Below are positions 13,043 through 27,270 of a stretch of 42,893 bases of DNA, in pieces (positions within the stretch are counted from its first letter, which is position 1; each line of letters starts with the position of its first letter). Source of the DNA: Moniliella sp. 'wahieum'. Lineage: Eukaryota. Both the position numbers and the translations under genes were made by a program. Where the stretch lies: assembly GCA_003971905.1 (NCBI GenBank), contig RSEE01000121.1:124001-166893 (forward strand), written 5' to 3'. The notes under the pieces were generated by a model. It saw only the letters and a program-made list of their open reading frames with translations, searched no databases and was not told the origin of the DNA.

Positions 13043-13825
13043 ATGTCCGACACCTCCTCCGAGCCCCTCGCCCTCCGCGCCCACGCCTCGCCCCCCCGCT
13101 TAGGCAAGCGCAGCGCGCCTACCTCCTCCTCCGCCCCTAAGAACGCGCCCGCCCCGCCCGACCGCCGCCGCCGCAGGAAGAAGGCGACGCGCTGCTCTCG
13201 CTGCTGGAAGAGACTTGAGTTCGAACGCCGGCTGCGGCTGCGTTCTTTTACTCCTCCTCTGCCTCGCCCTCGCCCTCGCCCTCGCCTCCACCCCTGCCCT
13301 CCGCCTCCGCCTCCGCCTCTTCCGCTTCGCCCCCCCGCCGCCCGTTGTCCGCCGACAGGCACAACCCCCCTCCGACCCCCAAGGACAAGGTAAGAGCAAG
13401 GGCAAGAGCAAGGTAAGGACAAGGGCAAGGATAAGTCTGTCGACCCGCTGCGCGCGCTCCAGCACCTCGACCTCCCGCCCCTCCCCAGCACGACACGCCC
13501 ACCCCCAGTCTGACGTCCCAAGCATGGAAGCGCATTCTGGACCGCGCCACGCTCGGCATTGGCGATGCATGCTACGATTCCTCTGACGAGGAGCAGGCCC
13601 AGCTCGAGGCCGAGGAAGATCGCAATACGCTCCAGGTCGAGTTGGCTCGCGTGCTGCGTTGTCTCCAAGCCCGCGCTCACGATATCCGCCGCCTGCGGCC
13701 TAGCCCTACTCCTAGTCCTAGTCTTTGTCCTAGTTCCACTCGTGTGTTTCCGCTCGACGCTCGGCGCTCGACGCTCGGCGCTCGGCGCTCTCCTCTGTAC
13801 TCTATGCATATTGTCAGGTGGTTAA
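13043..13825 (+). CDS. Hypothetical basic low-complexity protein, frameshifted; end uncertain
   Basis: ATG after a (CAC)n leader; NLS-like DRRRRRKK; acidic helix DSSDEEQAQLEAEEDRNTLQVELARVL in a later frame. No family recognised. Confidence 0.35.
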
Positions 13826-14021
13826 AACGGGGCCATTTGTCATTGATGGCACTTGGACTCAAGGTACGAATTGAAAGAGGCCAAAGGGGCAGGAAGAAGA
13901 GACGGGGGGGGGGGGGTGAGAAAAAGAGGGCGAGAAGAAAAGGACAGAGAGAGGGGAAGAGGGAGAAGGTAGTAGTAGTGCTGCGCAAGCGCGCACTCCC
14001 CTTTGCTCGCTCGCTCGTCGC

Positions 14022-15441
14022 TTAACCAGCATAGTAGATCTGAGGCCCGCATGGTATGCTGATTGATGGCGCTCAAGTTGAGCGGCGTCAAGGGCACTGC
14101 CTCGTTGACCAGCGACACAAACCACCGTTTCGTTAATGATGGCTTGCGTGCCGTTGAGCGGGAAGATTTGGCCGCCGGGCAAGCGCGTCACACCTTCCCA
14201 CCCGGACCCTGTCGCGCTCACATTCTCCAGCGCCGAGTAGGTCACGTTGTACTGGCTCCCCACGCCGCGTAGCCGCGGCGTCTTGCACGCGAGAATCTCT
14301 GTGTGCTGCCGGTACGGACCTTGCACTTCGCCCTCGGGGCCCCAGGTGAGGTGCACAATGTCGCCCGGGTGGGAGAGGGCGGTGACGTTGTGCGTGATGG
14401 CCGGCCCACCGGCCTTGCGCCCAGCGGCAATCGAGTCGGGGTTGTTGGTGATGTTGAGTTTGGGGAAGATGGACCAACCGACGGGCGTGTTGTGCGCCGG
14501 ACACTCCTTGATCCAGGGCGAAAGCAGCGTCCAGGTATAGGCCTGCGTGATGCCCGTCTCGAACCAGACTGGGCTCGGTTGCAGGCCGAGCCACTGGCGC
14601 TGGGTAAACTCTTGCCGTGCTTCCGTCGTGATGCTCTGGAGCAAAATTTGCGCCAGCGCACGGTTGTCGAGAGAGGGCAGGAAGCCGTACACGCCACTCT
14701 CGCCAAACCGCGTCACACGCTCTGAAAACAAAACGCTTCCCCCAAGTCTTGGAACGCGTACTGGAACGTGCACTGCTGCGGCGCCCCCGCTCCCAGCAGG
14801 TTGCTCACTACCAATGCATGCCCAATCTCTTGCTGGCCGTAGAACTGGATCAGCGACACATCCTCGTCCGTCAGACCGTACGCGTGGAACTCTTCCGGCG
14901 TAAACTTGGCCACAATGTAGTTGAACAGGTCCAGCTCAATCAACTCTTGGTGCACCACCACTGGACAAAACCATGGTCATGTCAGCACGCTAGAGAAACC
15001 ACATATGCCCTTCTGTCTGCACCTCTGATCGCACTTGAGCAGGCCAGGCAGGAGGGCAAGCACGGCACATGACGTACAGTTGAGCGAGTGCCAGTCAAAC
15101 GCAGAAAACGCAACGTAGTGCGGATTGTCCCCAGGCGCATTGGCCGGGGTGGGGTTCTTGTAGCCGGTATAGTTGACGCCGCCAGGCTTGTCACTCGTCG
15201 CGGTCAGGTCGGCGTAGGGCACAACGGGAAGCTTGTTGCGCTTGGCCAGGCCATCGAGCTGGTCGTGAGCGAGCCGCCGGCGCTGCAGGCGCTCGAGGAG
15301 CGCACGCGGGTACGCACCATGTTGGGCAGCAGCGGGCGCGGGTACGGGCACGGGCACGGGCGCAGCGGCCGGGAGGCAGAAGGCGAGGGATGCGGCGCCG
15401 AGCAGCGCGGCCAGAAGGCTGGTGGAGGCGAAGCTGCGCAT
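14022..15441 (-). CDS. rds1: Rds1-like secreted ferritin-like-domain stress protein; intron 14961-15077; frameshifted
   Basis: Signal peptide MRSFASTSLLAALLG, then DWHSLN|LVVHQELIELDLF, QQEIGHA, TRFGESGVYGFLPSLD, LLQSITTEARQ, FETGITQAYTWTLL and FPKLNITNNP; ends IYYAG*. Confidence 0.85.
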
Positions 15442-18400
15442 GGGGAAGGAGGTGGGGCACAGGCCGAGGACGAGACGGGCGGGGGGGAGTGCTTTTATAC
15501 TAGACTGGCATTGCGAGAAAAAGCATATATATTGGAGGCTGGGGCGCCGGCGAGGCGGTGGCGGCCGCATTGCTCAGCTCGTCGCTTAGCAGGCCACCGC
15601 CGAGAGGAGAGCGGCGGACAAGACGACAAGCAAAGGCACGACGCAAGGCACGACGCAACTCGCCTGCGCGCTTCGTTGGGTGACCGTGCGCGGAGGCATA
15701 ATCGTGTTTGCCCCTCGGGCAAGACGCCGACGACAGGCACGCACACCGAGCCACACAAGACGCTGCCGCTGGCCTTCTGCCGCGTCCTGCTGCCCACCAG
15801 CCTGTTTCGAGGTCCGTGCGCGCCGCTGGGCGCCCCACGCACCGCGGCTCTTCCCCGATGCGATCGGCTGTGGGCACATCGTTCTTGGCGCAGCGCAAGA
15901 GCCTGCGGTCGGAGAGGGACGAGGGGGCGGGCAACATCCAGGACACCGGGCGGGTGCTGGGGGTACCGGTTACCAGTTACACTGCTTGCTGCAGCTATAC
16001 TGCGAGAGCAATACTGAGTCCTGTCAGACACCGACTGTCACATGGCAGAGGAAGAGCGTGCTGCGTCATACCACGGGGTTTGTCCCGAATAAAGGGCGGT
16101 GGTGGGGGGCGTGGTGCCTCTGTACTACAGTGCCATGCCCGCCTAGTAAGCGTGCGCTGTTGCTGCCCAAACCCAAGCAGAAGCGATTGTCGGCGGCGGA
16201 CCGATGGACGGAGAGGCGCTTCTGCCTCAGCATCTTCGCAGCCCCAGCCATCGTCTCTGTCTCGTCGGCCCGACGCTCCCCGCTCGAGCCACTCGCGTTT
16301 CCTGTTGGGCGTCCGCTGTGGCATCGATTTCATCGATCAGCAGGCATTAAATTACTGCCGCAAACAGACACGCAGACCTACGTACAGCCTATAGCCGCAT
16401 ATAGCCGCACAGCGCTCAGCCGCCCACAAAGCTCACTTGGCCCGAACACCCCCCAATCTGACACACTTCGGCCTCTCAGATTCTCAGCTCCCATCAACTC
16501 ATTGATCATCGCTCTCGACGTACGTAGGTCAGCGTTCAACGTACTCAACACTCAGTCAACGCTCAACAACAGCGTCAGACACCCTAACTTCTCTCGGCAG
16601 GATGGATGATCGCTGCTCCGCAATCAGCTCATCGGCCTTTCACCCTCAGCGTCCTTCGGTCGGGAATCCATAATCACCGACAGCCACCAAAACAATCACC
16701 AAAACAATAACCCATTGCGTTCTCCTAGGAACATCCACCGGCCACTCACCCTAGTAGTTCCATCCGCTCGGGGTAACCGCATACGGCGAACGTATATATA
16801 CGGTGAATGTTGAACGCCGAAGCGAGCATACTGCATACCCACCCATCTGATCTTCCCAAGCCGTCTGGAAGCTTGAGCGTCGACGGACCGGCGATGATCG
16901 ATGATCTGGTACCGACTGGCGGGTGGTGGGGCGGCCCTTTGGCCTGTTGGTACATGTTATTCTTCTGCACACCGACGCACATTGCAGGATGGCGGTGACG
17001 ACCGAATGACGTTATTGTTATGATTCGTGATTCATGACGCCAGAGCAAGGAGACACACTGAGCGCTACCTAATCGTGCGGTTGGACCGTTCCTATTATCT
17101 AACTACTCCTACTATAGGCCTCCCGGCTATCCCATAGTCCTAGTCTGCACCGCGGGGCGAGAAGCTGAGGCTCAGCACTGCGTCTCCATTAGTACTGAGA
17201 TGAGGGGATTGCCTACCGAGTAACTCAATTCGTGCCCGAGTCAAACCGAATATATATTGAGCACTGAGTGCTCGACTGAGTTTTCTGGGCCGACAGCGCG
17301 TCCGTACTGTTGTTCGCGCAACAAACCCCTAATACAACGACCAAACCTACCGTCGCCTCTCTTGCGTCAGCGCGAGCGTACGGCACCGCCGGACGGCTTG
17401 AGAAGATGCACCGAGCAATATAATAGTCCGTTTGCCCTTGCCAGGGCAAGTGCGTTCCTTTTCCTCTCAGTCCGTCACATCGCGCCATCTTCTTTGTAGG
17501 ACTCGTGCTGTCCATGCTCCATTTTCACCCCCCCAACTCCCCCCAACCCATTAACCCTCCCCTCTGTGAAGATGAGTTTCGGAATTTTGGTGTTTAGTTA
17601 GTTTCCTCCCACCACAAGAATTCAGGCTGCAAGACGAGCTCATCCCACGCACACACTCTGCTTGGCCCCGGCCTACTGCATCACCAGTGGCCAGTGTTGC
17701 GGCCAGCTGGAACGCTTGAAAGGTGAGATCGAACCTTCTCAGTCAATGCTACACCCAACATCAGAGGCGTGGCCTGTTCGGCCCATGATGTTTGTTTTCC
17801 AATGAAACTGCTACACAGGCTGTTTTTGGGGTCCAGCGCGCTTGATCCGTGGCACAACAGGCGCCGGACTCACATCGGATCTCCTACTCGGGTGCCCACC
17901 GTCTAGCTTCCAAACGCACGGCCTGTTCAACCACTGCAGTGGTCATATTGGAGAGCGCCACTACGGTGTGGTCAATGTTCAACCCACTTTTTGCTGACAG
18001 GTGCCATTCAACATAATAGGTTTGGGATGGATTCTTGGGTACACAAAACAAACAGGGGACGGAAACGGGATGATGAAAAGAACACAACACGTGCCGGGCG
18101 CCACGCCAAAACTGGCGCCATGCCAATGAGGGCCAGTGGTGCGCAACGACACAGCCGGGATCGAGACGACTTGTTGTGTGCATATAAAAAGTGATACAGA
18201 GACAATGGGGGGGGGGGAGAGAGTTGGAGTGAGAGGCGGGGGTGTAGTGCTCGGAAACAATGGAGGATGGATCAGAGGATGGAGGATGGAGAATGAAGAT
18301 GGGGATGAGGTTCTGAAAGGGAAGAAAGAGGGGGGTGGCCCATTCGTGTTTGTGTCTTGAGAAGAACAGTGGGCCGTTTGGGATTGCACAGGAGAAAAGG

Positions 18401-18543
18401 GGCAGAGGATTACGGAGGAGTGATAACAATGGACGGGAGAGAACGATGGCAACGATCCCCTTGCCCACAGGGAAGAAGCACATGGGGATGGCGGTGGTGG
18501 TGGAGAGGCAGGAAGTACAACTGGGCGATTGGTGCCTGCCTGC

Positions 18544-21500
18544 CTACACTTCCGACAAGACACCTCCCTTCCGGCGTGGCCTGTGATCTTATGCTGGGCC
18601 TCCTTGAGCCGGTTCTTGAGCGAGTCCTTGGCCCACGAGGCGCTGCGGACCGCCGAGTAGCCAAACGAACCACGATGACGCGCATGCAACGCTTCGCGTT
18701 TCGCACGACGAATCTCGGCGCGCTCATGCCGATCAATCACGCCATCGTCATTCGCATGCGAGTTGATCTCGGCGCGCGGGCATGCCGCGCAACCGATTGA
18801 CACCTCCCACTCGTGCCGGTGTGTGACCTTGCAAGATCTCCTCGTGGTTCAGGTCAAAGCCCGGAGGAGCCGAATGCCAACACCAGCTCGCCCACCACGC
18901 CGTACTGGTGTGTCGCCGCGGCCTCGGACCCAATGTAGTTCCCATCGCAATGTCCGCTTGCGGGCCGGCCAAGAGCGGGAGCGAAAGCCACGTAATCGGC
19001 GCTTCGCTCTCTTCCCACTGTGCTCCCCCGCCAGCGGGCCGCCCACCGCGCCGGCCATCGTCCCCTCCGGCACACAATCCGGCACGTCCCCCAGCCATTG
19101 GGCCGCGTACGCATCGCACTTTTTCCGCGCGCTCAGCGTCGAAATGCCGAGGCGCGGATTGACACCAAAGATGACTGAGGTCAGGTAGCGCTGAAAGAGC
19201 GGGACGGTGAGCAGGGAAATGGGGTGCTCCGGTTGGCATCCTGCCCTGCCCCTGCCCCTGCCCCTCCCTCTTGTCCGTCGTCGGCGGCTCCGGAGGAGGG
19301 ATCAGCATGCTGCGTGTACTGGGCCAGGTAACTGTGTGCCTTGGCCTCGGGCGGGTTGTACTGGCGCAGATCCAGCTTGCGCACCACGTCGCCCACGGTC
19401 ACAATCAGTTTGCCCCCGGCCAGCGCACGCTGCCATGCGTCGTACGTGCCGCCCTGTGCATGCTCCAGCGGCGCATGCCCGCCCTTCTCCTGCACTCGCT
19501 CGGCGCTGGCGGGAAGCGGAGCGTGATGGGCCCCGAATTTCCACCGTCGCCGTCTCGGCACCACGGAGCGGACGGGGCAAGTCGAGGTGGACCGAGCGGA
19601 AGACAAACGACAACTGCACCTTGCCAAACGCCACCCCGTCCGACAAGCTAAACTTGCGCGACACTTGCGATGTCGTGGCAAACAAATCAGGCAGGTCCAG
19701 GCTGAGCAAGACGGACAGAGCCAGCAGCCGTTGGTCAGCGCCTACCCCCGCACACGAAGCCGAAACAGAAGAAGAAGAAGAAAACACGAAAACAAGGCGA
19801 CAGTGGAAGAAGGACGTACCAGACGAGGCCCATGATGGGTCATGCTCCCGCAAGCGCGCATCGCGCACACAGATCGTCACGTTGGCCGAGCGCCAGTCGC
19901 GTACGACCACCTCGGTGCCCGCGTTGAAAAAGGGATCGTTGGTGTACTGTTTGGTGCGCGTACGGAAGACCATGACCTCATTCAGCAGCACCTCGGCGTA
20001 CGCGCACGGGATCCGCTTGGTCGAATCGGCATTGTCAATGTCCTGGCCTTGTCCGCCCTCGCGGTCTTTGCCCATGTATCCGCGCTCCACATCCCGGTTC
20101 TCCAGCCCTTCGATGTGTTCGACCAAGACGGAGAGGATCCCGGTCGGTACGCCGGGTTCGGCGGCCGGCGCATCGTCTCGGCCGCCTCGAGCGCGATCGC
20201 GGCGCGGCGTGCGCGGTCGGTCCGCTTCTGCTTCAAGACAAGTTTTTCTTGCTTGACGCTCTCCGTGTCGGATACATTCTCCTCGTCCCGGTCCTGCATG
20301 ATCTGGCGCCCTCCAGCTCCATCCGCCGTTCTTCCGCTTGCAACTGCACCGCCACATCGTCGAGCGTGTGGTGGGCCTTGTGCTCCAGCTCGTCCAACGC
20401 CACCTGGCCCGACGCTGCCCCGATCGCCTGGCCGAGCGGCGCCTTGTCAAAGAAGCCCACCCGGTACGTCAAGTGGCCCTCCATGGGCGTGTCCTCGTCA
20501 AACCCAAGCAGCGGGTCGGTATACGTGTGCACTGATTGGGCTGGCGCATCAACCAGCGCACCGACCGCGTCACGCGCCCGTTAATGTCGTCCGGACTGTG
20601 CCGGTCCCAGTCCCACAACTGGATCGACAGCATCTCGTCGTTCTTCACGTCGTTCTTGGTCACCAGCACAAACGCATACTCGTTCCACACCGGATTCAGG
20701 TCGCGGCGCACAATGCGCGACCAGTACAGCGGACGACCAAACTTGGCCAGCGACACGATAATGTACGGATCCGAGTAGCCATTGGCGTCTTGGCTGCTTA
20801 GCCCGCGCGCATAGCCAATGTGCACGGCCAAGATGCCAACCGAATCGGTATCTTTCTTCACGCCATCGCCCGACAAGATGTCGGTCAGGTTGAGCGTCAT
20901 GCTCTGCGGCGCCACATACGCATTCGCCGCGGCGGCAATGGACGACTGAACAAAGTCCGAGACCAAAGGGATGTCCAGCACATTGACAAACTTGGACGCC
21001 ATCGGCACCACCGATACCTCGATCCGCGGCACACCCATCAAGGAAAACGTCACGTTGCGCACGTACGGCGGCTCACTCACCAACTGCGCCCGCAGCCGGA
21101 TCGTGCCTGCAAGCTTCTCAATCTGCACCCACACGGGGAACGGGATCTGGAACAGATCCATCGCGCCAATAAAGAACTGGATCATCATGTGGATGTTGTC
21201 GGCACGACGACTGCCCTTGCGCGCACTGTAGCTAAATGATGCTTCCAGATGCACAAACCCACCCGACTCGTCCAGCACATTGATCTGCTGCTCTTGCAGC
21301 GACTCGCCCAGCACGGCATAGGACTCCTGCGTGCCGTCGATCGTTTGCTGCGACACGCTTTCGTCCACCGCCGCCGTCGACCGCACCTTGTCTCCTTGCT
21401 CGTGGCTCGGGCCCGGCGGCATCGCCTCCTGTCCCTCGGTCCGAAGCGCGACCGGGGCAGGAGAACGCACGAGAGCACACGCTCCTTGAGCTTGGATCGC

Positions 21501-22970
21501 AACCCTTCCCGTTCTACACACCTGCTCTGAATTTTGTTGATTCCACAACGAGTCCCCATCCGACACGACCGTCTGGCACCCACCCGGCTGCTCCAACGGC
21601 GCCATCGTGTTGACCGTATCGTGCGACTGGGTGGTAGTCACCCGAGGCAAATGCAACCCGCCCGAAGACGCACGCGGCTCCGACGTGGCTGCACCGGCTC
21701 CCGTGGCCTGGCCTGGCACTGTGGACACGGGCGTGGTGGGACCGCGGGGCGAGGAACGCGGAGAGCTGGTCCCGCGTCCGTCCGCCGGCCCGGTCCCCGG
21801 TCCAGACGCCGCACGGGCCGAGCCGCGGTGCGGGAACGCACCGGGGAAACGACCTGTGCCGGGCTGCGCCGAGGACCGCTGTTGTTGTTGTAGTACTTGT
21901 TCCTGGTGCTGTTGGTCGAGGGCGTGGTGGAGTTCGGTGGCGGAGGACACATGGCGTCCGTCGGGCGTCTTGGCGCGCAAAGAGCGGAGTGCGACCAGCT
22001 GAAACGCATGCACGCCAATCCCAATGTCGTCCACCTTGACTGCATTGATAAAGCTCGGCAGCGACATTTGCATCACGTCTTCCACCTGGTCTGCCAGCGG
22101 CACAAACACCGCCGGATCAATCTGTTTCCACACGGCCGCAATCGACGCGTTGAGCCACTCGACGCTTTCCGGCATGGGCGGGACCAGTGCGTTGGTGCGG
22201 CTGGTAAACAGCGTGTTCCGCCGCGACTCGAGCTCCTTCTCGATCTGTCGCTGCACCATCGCAATCCCAATGCACAGCACGCCCAGCACAACGGTCACCG
22301 AACTGCGCGCGGCCAGACTGAGCGCGCGAGGAACGCCAGCCAGGACAACCGCAAGGACGCAGCCGAAAACGAATGGAGCGCGACCATGTACCACACCGAG
22401 GAGAAGACAACAAAGACAGCAAGGTAGAGAATCACAAACGTCTCGCGCACCTTGATCAGGCTCGCGTCGCCCAGGGCACCGGCGTCGGGTAGGGTACAGC
22501 TTGGGAAACTTGTGCGAGTTGACCATCGGGTGCAGCGCCTGGACGTGGGCGCTGTCGGTCTCCTGCACGCCGAGCACGGTGGTGGAGTAGCCCTGCGGGA
22601 AGGACGGGTCGACATGCTCCCAGCCGGCGCGCGCCGCGGCGCCGGGAAGCGGCTCGGCCGCCGCCGGGGCGGCGCATCGCGCGCCTTGCGCATGCCCTTG
22701 GCAATCACATCCACCGGCAGGCGGCCCACGTTGACCGCCGTGTTGCCGACAAACTCGACGGTGCTGCCGACGACCCGGAGCGGCAGGGGCGCACGGTTGA
22801 TGGCCTGGTGCACGGCGGCGCGGTGCGGGTGGGTCTGCATGTCGAAGGAGGAGAGCTTGCGGATGGGTGCAGGCGGCTCTTGTCGCCCGAGGGCTTGGCC
22901 AGCGCGCTGGGGCTGGGGCTGCGGCGCGGAGGATGGCGGGTATGGGTATAGGGGTCGAAGACGGAGCCAT
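18544..22970 (-). CDS. Mug190-like / tricalbin-related SMP + C2 domain membrane-contact lipid-transfer protein; intron near 19702-19819; many frameshifts
   Basis: TM hairpin, PESVEWLN...VWKQIDP...ADQVEDVMQMSLPSF (SMP), RLRAQLVSEPPY, C2 with DANGYSDPY/DLNPVWNE/LWDWDRHSPDD, second C2 TGILSVLVEHIEGLE...RTKQYTNDPFFNAGTE, and C-terminal LHARHRG. Confidence 0.85.
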
Positions 22971-23728
22971 CGTCGTCGCTGTTGGTGTTTGTTGTTGTGG
23001 TGGTCGTCGTCGTCGTCGTCCGCTCGGGGCAAGGACGGGGATGGGCGCGGCGGGCGAGCTGGCGACGTGCTCGATGCTGCTGTCGGAGAGTGGCTGGAAC
23101 GGCGGCGGGGGGTGGTCCGGCGGGCGGGCGCGGCGGGGCGGTGGGGGCGGCGGGTCGAGCTTGAGGAGGCTGGCACGGCCAGGAGGCGCTCGATGCGGTT
23201 GGGGGGCGCGGGCGGAGGCCATGGCGGCGAAGCCCCGCCGGCGGATGGGGGCGAGGGGGCGAGGGTGGGGGGGAGGGGGTTCGCGGTGGGGGGAGGGGGT
23301 TCGCGGTGGGGGGGATGCGTGTTAGGGTGGGGGGACGGTGCGGGTGGGATGGTCGATGGGGATGGGAAATGCGGGTCACGTGCCCGGTGGGCGTGCTATT
23401 TGCTGCACGGGCGCCTGCGCATGCGCTGCTGAGACTCAGCGCTGCGCAGGGAGTTGGCCCCCTGCCTGTCTGCTGCGATCGGCCCACAGGGTTACGCTCC
23501 CCAGGCCGCACGGCACAACGCAGCGCCCCGGTGCCTGTCCCGCCCACTTCGGCCCGCCCGGCCGCGCAGCCGCCCGCCGCCCGCACTGCACCGCTCTCCC
23601 CCGGCCCTGCGCCTGCTGCCCTTGACGTCATGCCGCTGTCCCCCTGCATCGAGCATCATGCCATACATCATACATCATGCATCATCGATCGCCGCCCCCC
23701 CGGCGCTACGGCTCGTTACGTCCGAATG

Positions 23729-25361
23729 CTAAGCAAAACCCTTGTTTATAGAGCCACCCCCCACCGTCACCAGGCGCACCCGCAGGCTGGCCACATTCAC
23801 CAGCGCCACCTGGCCTGTGTGCGCAAACGACGGCAGCAGCACCACCCGCGTCGTCTTCTTGCTCGTCGCATCTGCCACAAGTCCCTCTGGTTAGCCCCCA
23901 CACCAACACAAACACACCGGAAGCAACCACTTACGCTCCACCAGCGCCGTCGCCACCGCCGGCTGCCCCCCCCCACATACACATCCGGCCACTCCTCCAT
24001 CACAAACGGATCCACCCCCGTCGCCGCACACACCACAGCGTGTCCGGCGCCGTCGGCGCCATGTGGTGCCAGTGCAGCGTCAGCACCGCCGTCCGCAGTG
24101 CGCCCCCCACCCCGCCGGCCAGTACTTGCCAATGTCCCGCACCGTTTTTCCCCCGCCACCGACAGCAGCGTGCGCGTGGCGCATCCCCGCCTCTTGGCAC
24201 CCCAATCCACCCGGGTTCGTCTCCCGCACCAGCCCGCTCCACCGCCCACTCTTGGGCAGCAGCGCCTGGTCACCCTGCTGCTGCAACAAGCACGGCACCG
24301 GATCCGCGCTGCCGGCTGCACGTGCACCGGCATGGTGCACGTCAAGTCGGCCAAAAACTGTCCAGCGCATGCAAGGCCGTAGAGCGCGCAACACTGGCTG
24401 CGTGCGACGGCGTCTTCTCCCGGTAGTCGGCCGAGACGCCCTGCTCGTTGAGCGGCGCAAACGATCGCCGGCAATCACCAGGCGCACCACCTGGCTCGCC
24501 TCGTCGTGCCCCGCGTCGGAGCTGGAACCCTGCGTCTGATCCTGACCCAGGCCCAGGCCCAGCTCGCCCGTCAGCCACTCGGCCAGCAACTGCCGTCGCA
24601 CCGGCGCCTGTGCCGGCTCGGACCACTCGTCGGCTTGGGTGCGCCCTCGCCAGGCCGGCCACGACGGCAACCCATTCGGGCCCGTCCGCTTGGCCCGGCA
24701 GGCCTTCCAACGACTCGTGCACGTGCCGTGGCATGGCGCCCGAAAAGCCATCGGGATACGCCACGTCCTGCACCACGAATTGCCCGTCCTGGTTCTCTCG
24801 CCCCAGCACGGCCATCACAGCGCCCGTCACCAAGCTGTACTGCAGTCCCTTGCCGCCCGGAGGCGGACCCAACGTTGGGCCCACCAGCTGCACCCGGCCA
24901 CTCTCGTCTTCCAGATACACCTCGGCCGGCTCGGTGCCGGCGAGGTAGGTGGCCGGGATGGGTTGCGGGGGAGGGAAAGTTCGCGTGCCAACTCGGTGAG
25001 CACATTGGGCTTGGCCGACGGCGCGGCATACACCACGCCTACAATCGCCGACGTTTGACCGGGCCGGAGACCGAGCAGTTTGGGCGCCAACGCCGGTACC
25101 TCTTCCGCCTCGGCATCTAGCTCTTCTTGTTCCAACGCCGCCCCGTCCGGGTTCCACCTCGGGTCGTCATCCGCGCACGCGCACCCCACACGCGCTCCGC
25201 CACACCCCGCAGCCGCCCACGCAGCATCTGCAGGCCGAGCATCGTACAGCGGCGCATACTGCGCCGTGACACCCGCGACCCCAGCGGCTGCTCCAGCGCG
25301 CCCGCCTTGCACCCACTTGGGCGCCCCAGCAGACAACCGCGTCGTAGGGTGCGATCGCCAT
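23729..25361 (-). CDS. POL31: DNA polymerase delta small (B) subunit; intron 23872-23934; frameshifted
   Basis: QYAPLYDAR, VYLEDESGRVQLVG, LVTGAVMAVLGRE, QLLAEWLTGELG, VRLVIAGD, HMAPTAPDTLW, DPFVMEEWPDVYV and TRVVLLPSFAHTGQVALVN. Confidence 0.9.
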
Positions 25362-25532
25362 GGTCGTCGTAGTGGTCGTGGTGTGGTGGTGGGAGGTGGT
25401 CGGAGGGGCACAAATGCAGATGAGCTAACCACCAGCACCCCCCGAAAGATTGCCTGCCAACGCGACGCGCAACCGCCCCAACCCTAGCGTTGGACGCGCC
25501 TGATGCATGATCGCTGACCCAGCGCTGACGTG

Positions 25533-25547
25533 TGACGTCACGTGACG
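25533..25547. promoter_or_regulatory. Overlapping CRE (TGACGTCA) and palindromic E-box (CGTCACGTGACG) about 175 bp upstream of POL31
   Basis: Sequence TGACGTCACGTGACG; GTCACGTG recurs upstream of four other genes in this window. Confidence 0.55.
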
Positions 25548-27262
25548 CACTGGCGGGGGATGGGATCGCCTGCCGCCCACTCAAGTAGATACATACTCAG
25601 TGAGTACTACTGCCGCGTACCGCCAGCTGGTGGTCGGCGGATTCGATGTCCACCCACTGCGCGCAGGGCCTCGGGAGCTAGATCCTGCAACTCTGCCCGC
25701 GAGCCGAGCTCGGGATGCGATGCTATTACTCTGTGGTGCCCCCCACAGACCCCAGTGGCCACGGATATGGATGTGCCCTGTGCTGCATCCCTAAGCTGGC
25801 GATGGGGATGAGGTAGTCGTTCGTGGCGCGGTTCGACCTAGCACGAAAAGGGAATGTGGAGGGTGTGCTGATCTAACCTTGACCAGAGCGAGGACATGTG
25901 GTGGCAACAGAGAGAGTGTGGGCATATGAAATGGATGCGGGAGGAGAGCTGGGTTGGGTAGTTTGAAGACTCGATTGCGGAAAAAACAGTATAGCCATCA
26001 AAATGCATTCTACCCCTCCTTCTTTCAGCACCTTCAGTGATGCCAGGCTTTTGCTTTGGGCGTCTGGCGTTTGTCGCCAGTCTCTGCTTGACCAAGAGAG
26101 ACCGAGTGGCACGACTGCGTCTCTCGCTGTGATCGGTTTCCGCGCATCTGGTCGGGAGTGATGTTCGAGGGGCCAGTTAGGCCCCTTGGGGAAACCATCT
26201 CCAGTTCTCGTCTTTTCACGATAAGAACGCTTTGAGCTTATGATGTAGTTGTTCAGTCCTCTCCTCAGCCCATGGGCAAGGCGGCAGGAACAGCGGCCTT
26301 CGGAGGTTGCCATCAGCCACCGCCCACTGGCTGTCCTTGGTCCTACCCGATCATCTCCCCTGGCAGGTCACTACCAAGACCGACAGGCGCTTTGTTCCGA
26401 GGTACGCGCTACCCGACCATAACCCCTCCACTACGTATCCCACACATACAAAACCCACACACGGGTATGAACGGTCCCCCTCCGTCGCCGGCCCGGATAC
26501 CACACCGCCTTTGGGATCCAAGAGCCAATACCAACTGTGCTTTATTGGGGTGGACCCCCTTGGTCGAATCATGCCGGAAAATGTCGTTGGCGACGACGTT
26601 GTTGGACATGCAAAAACACATATGCCACACTACACCCATATATATATTTACTGTGACGACAGCTGATGATGATGATAGCCCCAATTTCCACGGATTGGTA
26701 ATCTGCGTCCTACTAAGGCTTCTTGTTGGCAGGGGGATCGTCGGTGTGCGCTCTCGACCCTGAGGTGCCCTCTCGACCAGCTAGCCTAGCAGCCTTCAGT
26801 TTCTTTCCCCTGTCCTACAGCACTTTGCGGGGGGATGGGACCCGGCGGACGTCATGACAAGAAGGGCTAAGAGAGGAACACTACCGTGTACCTGCACGAA
26901 AAGAAGCATCTGCAGCGTATTCTTTTGCTAAGCACGCAGTCTCTGTCTGGATGTCCCGAACATGAGTCTAATACTAGTCGAACATTCGCTTCTCATTCAC
27001 AAAAAGCGCTGCTGCAACGCGGGTGTGTGCTAATGCATAGTATATGTTGCGTGATGTTTTGGTCCTTCGCCGCCAGCTCATCTTTGTTCACTCCTTTCGC
27101 CTGTTGTTCGAGTGTCAACCGCAGAATTTAACCCAATCCACACCATGTTCAAAAGCAGCGAATACCCTTGCACTCACAGCACGCGAGGTCAATCAACTCT
27201 GGCAAGCTCGAGGCATGTGGTTTGCGAGAGTTTTGGTTGATCGAGTTGATCGATCTTAATTT

Positions 27263-27270
27263 GCTCATCG
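27263..27270. promoter_or_regulatory. PAC-like ribosome-biogenesis element (GCTCATCG); second GCTCATC at 27076 and a T-tract at 27403-27420
   Basis: Matches the yeast PAC consensus (GATGAG reverse complement) and lies upstream of RLP24. Confidence 0.45.

Noticed and set aside
3377..23432. Numerous long antisense or overlapping ORFs (e.g. 3377-4651, 8602-9744, 22452-23432)
   Set aside because: Shadow ORFs expected at high GC opposite genuine genes.
25600..27200. Possible gene or transposon between POL31 and RLP24
   Set aside because: Only short ORFs with no recognisable motif, terminal repeats or consistent splice pattern.
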